From positions 1 to 46,290 of the forward strand of contig JBGSUI010000057.1 in the NCBI GenBank assembly GCA_041736175.1: a stretch of 46,290 nt of DNA. Direction: 5' to 3'. A program made the translations under genes and the position numbers. Shown piece by piece: positions 39,808 to 46,290 of this stretch. Every line of letters starts with the position of its first letter. Within the stretch, counting starts at the first letter, position 1. The notes beneath the pieces are model-generated. The model ran no database searches, had not been told where the DNA came from, and saw nothing but the letters and a program-made list of their open reading frames with translations. Origin of the DNA: Oligoflexales bacterium (GTDB lineage Bacteria > Bdellovibrionota_B > Oligoflexia > Oligoflexales > CAIYRB01).

Positions 39808-40356
39808 TTACACTTTTTTATTCAATTGGTCGAGGATTTGCCGCAGTCTTAGCTTAACTTCGTCGATCATCGGCCCTCGCAGCCTTTCCAGTTCACTTTG
39901 GTCCATGGGAGCTAGGAGCCAATCTGCGGGGACCAAAGCAGGTGGCGGCCTACCCAAACCCAACTTAATCCGATGGAATCCTCCAAGTCCTCCCTGGTCT
40001 ATCAAACTCCGGACTCCATTATGACCCCCATGTCCTCCTCCGGTCCTGGCCCGCACCTTTCCTTCAGGGACATCCATATCGTCAAAAAGAACAATCATAT
40101 GTTCTTCTGGGATCTTATAGAAATCCATCACAGGGCGGACACTCTGGGCACTACGATTCATATAGGTCATGGGCTTAAGGCAAAGGAATTCTTCTTTTAA
40201 AATCGAAGCTTTTCCTAATATGCCCGAAAGCTTAAGACTTTTATCCCAGGTTCCCCCAGCCTCTCTAACAAGCTCATCGATGACTAAAAACCCAGCATTG
40301 TGCCTTGTTAGCTCATATTGAGGACCTGGATTACCTAAGGCGACAAGAAGCTTCAT
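39808..40356 (-). CDS. pth: Peptidyl-tRNA hydrolase
   Basis: LGNPG..TRHNAGF, KPMTYMNRS, GGHNG. Confidence 0.96.
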   Translation of the reverse strand: MKLLVALGNPGPQYELTRHNAGFLVIDELVREAGGTWDKSLKLSGILGKASILKEEFLCLKPMTYMNRSAQSVRPVMDFYKIPEEHMIVLFDDMDVPEGKVRARTGGGHGGHNGVRSLIDQGGLGGFHRIKLGLGRPPPALVPADWLLAPMDQSELERLRGPMIDEVKLRLRQILDQLNKKV

Positions 40357-40381
40357 GGATCAATGATTCATTCCAGAGGTT

Positions 40382-40699
40382 TCAGACGGGTGCCAAATCC
40401 ACGTGGAGAGCCACTCTCTTAACGGGATCGATCTGCAGCTCGACGATTTTAACCAGGGATTTTTGGCCCTGAAATTCAAGGTGAAACTGACGCCCGCCGT
40501 CCCGCCATGCTCTTGAAAGCCACTTAGGGTCGATTTCTAAAAGGGTCGACTTACCTTTGGTATTGAGAACCGCTGGGACGCGGCCAGCACGTCGTAGTTT
40601 ACGTGTATAGGATTTCCCTGTTTCATTCCGAGGCTTTCCCTCGATCACGACAGGTTCTTTCAACGCGGTGCTGACTTCTTTTTGTACTTCATCGGCCAT
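40382..40699 (-). CDS. rplY: 50S ribosomal protein L25, short form
   Basis: R..GKS..RKLRRAGRVPAV..LQIDPV..LHVD; lies between prs and pth. Confidence 0.88.
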   Translation of the reverse strand: MADEVQKEVSTALKEPVVIEGKPRNETGKSYTRKLRRAGRVPAVLNTKGKSTLLEIDPKWLSRAWRDGGRQFHLEFQGQKSLVKIVELQIDPVKRVALHVDLAPV

Positions 40700-40779
40700 A
40701 GCCCACTCTCCCAAAAAATTGAAGCCTCAGTCTATAACTTTTACGATGCTCTTGGGCAATCTTTTATTTTGCAGCAGCA

Positions 40780-41715
40780 CTATATAAATAAAGCGCTGAT
40801 GGAATCGTCATTGTGGATCCGACGGATGGCCTTGCCAAAAAGCTCAGCAAGACCTAGCTGGGTGATTTTAGAACACTGCCGGGCTTCGGGGCTGAGCAGG
40901 ATAGAGTCGGTGACTACAATTTCTTTAAGGTGCGAATTTTCGATATTTTCAAGGGCTTTGCCGCTGAGGACCGGGTGGCTTACGGCGGCTCGCACGGTGG
41001 TTGCTCCGGCGGACATCAGGGCTTCAGCCGCCTTTGTCAGGGATCCTGCGGTATCGACAATGTCATCCACAATCAGGCAGTTCTTACCTTTCACATCCCC
41101 GATGATATGCATGACAGCACTTTCGTTGGGTTTGTCCCGCCTCTTATCGACAATGGCGAGCCCACAGTTAAAGTGCTTAGCCATAGCTCGGGCCCGCTCG
41201 ACACCTCCCGCATCAGGTGAGATCACAACGAGATTATCTTGGTTTCGGAAGTAGTTGTTAAAAATTGGCTTAGCATAGAGATGATCCACCGGAATATTGA
41301 AAAATCCTTGGATCGCTGACGTATGGAGCTCAAGGGTTAAAAGCCGGTCATAATGGGAGGACTGGATGAGATCAGCCACGAGTTTGGCTGAAATGGGTGT
41401 TCGTGGCGCGCTTTTGCGTTCTTGTCTGGCGTAGCCAAAGTAGGGGGCCACAAGGGTGATCCGCGACGCCGAAGACCGGTAACAGGCGTCCGCCATAATC
41501 AGCGCTTCCATAAGGTGGTGATTGGCAGGGCGAGAGGTGCTTTGGATTACAAAAACATCGCGACCACGAACATTTGAATCCAGTTCCACCCGAGTCTCGC
41601 CATCCGCAAAGCTGGATACCATGGCTTCTCCAAGGGGAAGGTCAAGCCAGGAGCATATTTTTTCAGCAAGAGGTCTATTGGCGTTGCCCGAAAATACGAT
41701 CAAATCAGCATTCAC
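40780..41715 (-). CDS. prs: Ribose-phosphate pyrophosphokinase
   Basis: FADGE, PYFGYARQ, SPDAGGVERA, IVDDIVDTAGS. Confidence 0.97.
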   Translation of the reverse strand: MNADLIVFSGNANRPLAEKICSWLDLPLGEAMVSSFADGETRVELDSNVRGRDVFVIQSTSRPANHHLMEALIMADACYRSSASRITLVAPYFGYARQERKSAPRTPISAKLVADLIQSSHYDRLLTLELHTSAIQGFFNIPVDHLYAKPIFNNYFRNQDNLVVISPDAGGVERARAMAKHFNCGLAIVDKRRDKPNESAVMHIIGDVKGKNCLIVDDIVDTAGSLTKAAEALMSAGATTVRAAVSHPVLSGKALENIENSHLKEIVVTDSILLSPEARQCSKITQLGLAELFGKAIRRIHNDDSISALFI

Positions 41716-41795
41716 CGCAAACCCTCTTTGATTTCTTGATGATTTAAAGAAAGCTGTGAGTCAATTGTTAGAGTCAACTGAATCATTGAAGTAAG

Positions 41796-41870
41796 TGGCT
41801 GGGGCGGAAGGAATCGAACCTTCGGATGCCGGAATCAAAATCCGGTGCCGTACCGCTTGGCGACGCCCCA
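41796..41870 (-). tRNA. tRNA-Gln(TTG)
   Basis: TGGGGCG/CGCCCCA acceptor, CCGGA-TTTTGAT-TCCGG anticodon arm, CCA; usual position upstream of prs. Confidence 0.97.
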
Positions 41871-41930
41871 AGACCAGAAACGAGGAATCGTTCCCGAGGA
41901 TCAATGTCGTATTACAGGACCACAGGTCTG

Positions 41931-44216
41931 TCAAGAGGCCAGGTAGGTTTTAGCGACATAATCAGGCAGCCACTCCAAGCCATCGGGTGACCAATCCACA
42001 AGCCAACTTCCCTCTAACAGTTTTGGGTCCATAAGAATTTTTTCGGAGAGGGGGTTTAAAACCACCTTGGTAAAAAGTCGTTTTAAGGAGGCTGGCCCCG
42101 ATTTTTTAGCCAGGGACACAAGATGCTCGGACAGGTGGGGGCCAAGACGCAGCCGCATGTTTTGAGTTTGTAGGCGGCGGTTAAGCTCATCCACCATACC
42201 TAAGAGGATCCGCGTTAGATGAACAGGAGACAGGCGGCGAAAGATGATGATCTCGTCAAGAAGTTGGATGAGTTCAGGTTTGTTAAAAATCAAGGCGAGT
42301 TTTTGGCGCACGGCGAGATCATCATGGTCGTCGGCCCATTGGAGGACTTGCTCCCAAGAAAGTGGGCTCCCCCCATCGGACCAGTGTTCGAGATGGGATG
42401 TTTGGACTGTGATGGAGAATATGACAAGGGCGTTGGTAAAATCAGCCACTCTTCCTCGCCAATCGGTGATGCGTCCTGACTCGATGATCTGTAGGAGGAT
42501 TCCCAGGACTTGGGGGTGGGCCTGGTCCACATGGTCAAAATACAGGACGGCAAACGGTTGGTGCATGATGATATCGCAAAGATAGCCTCCTTCCTCAAAC
42601 CCTGCCAATCCTGGAGGAGCACCAAGTAGTTTATGGGTGCTGGACTCTTGGGAATATTCGGCAAGATCGATCGTGATTAATTTTTTGGGACTTCCAAAAA
42701 GGTCTTGGGCCAAAGCCTGAGCTGTTTGTTGTTTGCCGACTCCCTGAGGACCCCAAAAGAGAAAGCTACCCCATGGGTGAAAGGGACTTGACACCCCGCT
42801 CTTGGCGCGACGGATAGCTTGGGCAAGGCGCTTGAGAGCGCCCCATTGGCCGAAAACATGGGCGGCTAACCGCTTTTCCAGGTGGAGGTAGGTCTTTTGG
42901 TCTGGGCTGACCCATTGTTCGGGGGTGAGCTGGAGGCGTTCTTGGATGACCTTAGAGATGGAGTCGACCGTGACTTCGGTCCCCAGACGCAGGTTTTCGG
43001 CACTGGCCGCTTCATCGACTAGGTCGATGGCTTTGTCGGGTAGTTTTTGACTTGGGAGGTAGCGGGTGGAAAGCTGCACAGCTGCCTGGAGGGCTTCGTC
43101 GCTGATCTTGACCTTATGGTGCTCCTCATAAATCCCGCGGACGCCCGTAAGAATTTTGAGAGCCTCCTCGGGCGAAGGTTCCTCTACAAGGACCGTCTGA
43201 AAGCGCCGTGCCAGAGCGGGGTCAGTTTGAATAGAATGTTTGTACTCCGAAAGAGTCGTCGCTCCTAGGCAGCGAAAAGCCCCGCTGGAGAGGGCCGGTT
43301 TGAGAAGATTCGCAAGGTCTGCACCTCCCTCTTGGTTTCCAGCACCCATAATCATATGGATCTCGTCGATAAAAAAAATGTATCGACCAGGATCTTCACT
43401 GGCGACTTCTAAAAGTTGCTGCATCCGGTCCTCAAATTCGCCGCGGTATTTGGTGCCCGCCAGCAAGGCGCCTACATCGAGAGTTAACACCCGCATTCCC
43501 CGAAGCACCTCGGAGGTTTTCCCATGGAGGAGCAGCCAAGCCAATCCTTCGGCCAGCGCCGATTTACCGACTCCTGGCTCGCCGATCAGAAGAGGGTTAT
43601 TTTTTTTGTGACGTCCTAAAATCTGTAGAACCCGGTGCAGCTCCTTTTCTCGGCCATGGACCGGGTGAAGTTTGCCGCTAGCCGCAGCCTCGGTGAGGTC
43701 GATGGTAAAAGCCTCGATTTTTTTCTGGGTCTTAGGGGGAGCCGACGGTTTCTTTTGGGGAGTTGGCTTTGTGGATAAAGGGGGAGTTTGGTCTGGGTCG
43801 TCCTTGACCCCCTTAGGGGAACCCTTAGGCGTTGGTAGAGGACTGATTTCTGGCTGGGCTTGCTGTTGGCTTAGGATTTGAAGAAGGGATGACTGCTTAA
43901 CCACCTCTTCCCACAGGGCTTTGGGGGTGATGAGTTGGGTAGGAAACCGACCTTCCACGAGATCCAAAGCCCGGTCGAGCCGCTTGCCAAAGGCAATCTT
44001 TCGTAGACCATAGATTTTAGGGGTTTTTTCAAGATGGGAATGGAGCACATCCAGCCCATCGCTCTTTTCGAACCCAGGAAGGTATACGAGTCCTAGCTTT
44101 AACAGGCTATAGGCCACATGCTCGGCCTCCAAAAATCCGTGGCCAAAACGTCTGGCGAGTTGGAGTCCTAGATGCAATGCTTTTTGGCTGCTGGGGTCAT
44201 AGCGAGACACGTCCAT
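41931..44216 (-). CDS. Clp/Hsp100 ATPase (ClpA/B/C-like) with degenerate second AAA+ module
   Basis: D1: GEPGVGKS, KYRGEFE, FIDEIH, LPDKAIDLVDEA; D2: GPQGVGKQ, PPGLAG, FDHVDQ. Confidence 0.85.
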   Translation of the reverse strand: MDVSRYDPSSQKALHLGLQLARRFGHGFLEAEHVAYSLLKLGLVYLPGFEKSDGLDVLHSHLEKTPKIYGLRKIAFGKRLDRALDLVEGRFPTQLITPKALWEEVVKQSSLLQILSQQQAQPEISPLPTPKGSPKGVKDDPDQTPPLSTKPTPQKKPSAPPKTQKKIEAFTIDLTEAAASGKLHPVHGREKELHRVLQILGRHKKNNPLLIGEPGVGKSALAEGLAWLLLHGKTSEVLRGMRVLTLDVGALLAGTKYRGEFEDRMQQLLEVASEDPGRYIFFIDEIHMIMGAGNQEGGADLANLLKPALSSGAFRCLGATTLSEYKHSIQTDPALARRFQTVLVEEPSPEEALKILTGVRGIYEEHHKVKISDEALQAAVQLSTRYLPSQKLPDKAIDLVDEAASAENLRLGTEVTVDSISKVIQERLQLTPEQWVSPDQKTYLHLEKRLAAHVFGQWGALKRLAQAIRRAKSGVSSPFHPWGSFLFWGPQGVGKQQTAQALAQDLFGSPKKLITIDLAEYSQESSTHKLLGAPPGLAGFEEGGYLCDIIMHQPFAVLYFDHVDQAHPQVLGILLQIIESGRITDWRGRVADFTNALVIFSITVQTSHLEHWSDGGSPLSWEQVLQWADDHDDLAVRQKLALIFNKPELIQLLDEIIIFRRLSPVHLTRILLGMVDELNRRLQTQNMRLRLGPHLSEHLVSLAKKSGPASLKRLFTKVVLNPLSEKILMDPKLLEGSWLVDWSPDGLEWLPDYVAKTYLAS

Positions 44217-44270
44217 CGGATCCCTCCCTTGCTACCAGATTCTGCCGGTTTCTGCCGGTCGCTCTATTGC

Positions 44271-44297
44271 TCATCGGCAGGGTGGGGCGGGACTATA
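44271..44297 (-). promoter_or_regulatory. sigma28-type promoter of the clp gene
   Basis: TATA-N15-GCCGATGA. Confidence 0.5.
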
Positions 44298-44312
44298 AGG
44301 GGACTCTAGGGC

Positions 44313-44597
44313 TTAGCGGTCGCCGAGGGTCTTTGCAGCTTCGATGGCTTTCACCTGGAGGTCCAGGAGGACTTGCTGCAAAAGGCTGTCTTCTTCCGGG
44401 GTGAGGTTGCCTTTGGTTTTTTCTTTTAACATAACGATGATATCAATATTTTGCCTGGCTAAGTCCAGGTTTGGTTTCGCAGGTTTTGGCTGTCCTTCGA
44501 TGGTCTCGCCTAAGTAGTGCAGGGCTGCAGAGGAAAAGCCCAACAGAAGCTCCGAAAAATCAAAGGTATTTGGGGTAGTTTTGGGTGTTTTATCCAT
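44313..44597 (-). CDS. DUF1844-like protein
   Basis: F..LLL..SSAALHYLG..NLDLARQNID..L.EKTKGNLT.EE. Confidence 0.8.
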   Translation of the reverse strand: MDKTPKTTPNTFDFSELLLGFSSAALHYLGETIEGQPKPAKPNLDLARQNIDIIVMLKEKTKGNLTPEEDSLLQQVLLDLQVKAIEAAKTLGDR

Positions 44598-44718
44598 GGA
44601 CGAGCCTCTTTGATCTTTACTGGAAGAGGGAAGAAGGAAGATTCCAGCTTTACACTCCTAACCTACCCAATGGCAGGGTCTTGCTCAAGGTCGAATCCTA
44701 TGGTAGCCCTCCGACCCT

Positions 44719-44745
44719 TAAACTTTATGGAAGGGAGTCCGATAC
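44719..44745 (+). promoter_or_regulatory. sigma28-type promoter of the FHA gene
   Basis: TAAA-N15-TCCGATAC; SD GGAG at 44761 and in-frame TTG at 44772. Confidence 0.55.
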
Positions 44746-44771
44746 CTGAGGAGACCTTCCGGAGTCCTCGG

Positions 44772-45512
44772 TTGAAAAATAGTCCTAAAAAAACCAAGAG
44801 GGAAAAAAGGGGAATTCTCCACTTTATCTCTAAATCTCACCAGGAGTCTTTGAAACTCCGGCGAGACGGGACCATTTTAGGACGAGAAAAGGGTGACATT
44901 TTGGTCAACGATGCTGAGATTTCATCGACCCACTGCCAGATTCAAAATATTAGCGGCACATTCCATATTTTTGATATGAATAGCACCAATGGAACCTTTG
45001 TGAACAAGGAGCGGGTCGTCAAGGCCAAGCTATCCAGCGGAGATATCATAACGATCGGTCAAACTTCCTTTAAGTTCCAAATTGAAGACGAGCAAAACGT
45101 TCGTCATATCTCTACGATTTTTAAAGTTAAGGACCAAAAAAAAGCAGATGATAGCAAATCAAGTATCGTCGATACGCTCATTGAAAACGAGCTCAAAGAA
45201 ACCCCTTCCCTCAAGGCGGTGATTGACATCAAATACCATGATGGAACCTCCGATCATGTGGAGCTTATGCAGCGACTCATCTATGTGGGCAGGGCCTCTA
45301 GCTTTGGAAAATTTGAACATGATCCCGAGATCTCGCGAAAGCACCTCCTGATTAAGGTCAACGATACGGGAGAGGTTTTTATCGAGGACCAAGGGTCTAC
45401 GAACGGGTCCTTTCTAAACGGAAAAAAAATGACAGGTATGCATCTGGTAAAACCAGACGACGAGGTTAAGGTGGGGACGTCTCTATTGCGCATCCGCATT
45501 TCTGCTATTTAG
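44772..45512 (+). CDS. Tandem FHA-domain protein
   Basis: Two FHA signatures: LGR..ISSTH..STNGT and VGR..ISRKH..STNGS. Confidence 0.88.
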   Translation: MKNSPKKTKREKRGILHFISKSHQESLKLRRDGTILGREKGDILVNDAEISSTHCQIQNISGTFHIFDMNSTNGTFVNKERVVKAKLSSGDIITIGQTSFKFQIEDEQNVRHISTIFKVKDQKKADDSKSSIVDTLIENELKETPSLKAVIDIKYHDGTSDHVELMQRLIYVGRASSFGKFEHDPEISRKHLLIKVNDTGEVFIEDQGSTNGSFLNGKKMTGMHLVKPDDEVKVGTSLLRIRISAI

Positions 45513-45595
45513 TGGTGCGCGAGATTGCAATCATCGGACACTTGGGACGGAGCATACACTTTGGCACTGTTTACTTATTTTTAAGGGCCAAAGTT

Positions 45596-46117
45596 TTAGT
45601 TGCAGTAATTCAACTCTTGAAATTCAATTGTCTTAAAGGCACTAGCCACCTGTGAGTCTCCTCGTAGATTCGTACCTATCTGCTTCCGCTCTGTACTTCT
45701 TGCAGTTCTCCAGCTACAATCGGCTGCTAGGTTAATTAAGATCCGCCTTTCGAAGCCCAGTTGGCCCGCAAAAATCGAGGCGATATGGTTGCTTGACTGA
45801 ATATCATCTATTTTTAAGTTGGTGGGACTTCCCACGACATAAATGTCGTTTCCACTAGGAAGAAAATAGTCATTTGTTACAGGAGTAAGTTTTTTGCCGG
45901 GATGGACCATGAGGTAAATTGTGTATCTATACCCCATAAAGTATTTTGACCACCCCCGCATGGTGTAGAAGCCCTGACCATAAACGGCCTTCTCCATGCA
46001 CTTACCACCAGTTCTCGAGACATAAGCATTGATTTTGCCATATGGATTTGTTTGCATCGAGCGATAGGCATCAAAGGAGTTTGTGGAGTGATTTAGCTTT
46101 AAAATTTCCTTGCTCAT
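45596..46117 (-). CDS. Hypothetical protein, ART/PARP-like motif
   Basis: LNHST...AVYGQGFYT resembles the HGT...YGxGxY pattern; may be a gene remnant. Confidence 0.45.
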   Translation of the reverse strand: MSKEILKLNHSTNSFDAYRSMQTNPYGKINAYVSRTGGKCMEKAVYGQGFYTMRGWSKYFMGYRYTIYLMVHPGKKLTPVTNDYFLPSGNDIYVVGSPTNLKIDDIQSSNHIASIFAGQLGFERRILINLAADCSWRTARSTERKQIGTNLRGDSQVASAFKTIEFQELNYCN

Positions 46118-46290
46118 GGCTGTTTTAAAAGAGATAGGGCTTAAATTGGAAATGAACTAAGCGCGCTCGCGCGCAGTCCTATCCCGAGCATCCGGGCAGA
46201 TTGTAGCTTTCCTTCCGGCATAATCTCGGCACATTTTATTCAATTCCTAGACCTCTGAATCTCAGACTCCATTTAAATATAGCTAATTTT

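Noticed and set aside
44517..44771. N-terminal 85 aa of the FHA ORF
   Set aside because: Overlaps the opposite-strand gene and contains the promoter and SD for TTG 44772
46118..46290. TAG read-through or alternative genetic code
   Set aside because: A TGA also interrupts the frame, and many genes in the window end in TAG
1..46290. Antisense and overlapping ORFs (e.g. 3225-3725, 8253-8741, 10239-10772, 40682-41254); CRISPR arrays; rRNA
   Set aside because: The ORFs are shadows of well-supported genes with no motifs; no spaced repeats or rRNA-like sequence seen

Overview
Bacterial chromosomal window. The host is probably Bdellovibrionota (Oligoflexia-like); this is inferred from gene types and frequent sigma28-like promoters, not proven. 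Bases 1 to about 4047 are one end of an element integrated at the 3' end of tRNA-Arg(CCG). It carries a tyrosine integrase behind a perfect sigma28/FliA promoter, a small beta-rich protein, a membrane-anchor ORF joined to an FtsK/SpoIIIE-type ATPase ORF across an A9G slippery site, GC-rich hairpins with a dso-like motif, and a pIJ101-like rolling-circle Rep that stops before its HUH motif. This resembles Gram-positive AICE/IME transfer modules but sits in an apparently Gram-negative host. The rest is mostly core genome: Crp-like protein, GDPD, methylmalonyl-CoA mutase and MeaB, a tetraheme cytochrome fusion, a FecR/outer-membrane/PP2C cluster, threonine dehydratase, ubiX/ubiA, Hpt-GAF protein, rhomboid, hutH, rpe, def, lon, grpE, fis, dnaB, rplI, rpsF, pth, rplY, prs, tRNA-Gln, a Clp ATPase with a degenerate second AAA+ module, a double-FHA protein and an ART/PARP-like ORF. 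About eight sigma28-type promoters can be read directly from the sequence. No CRISPR array or rRNA was seen. All calls are by eye, without database searches.
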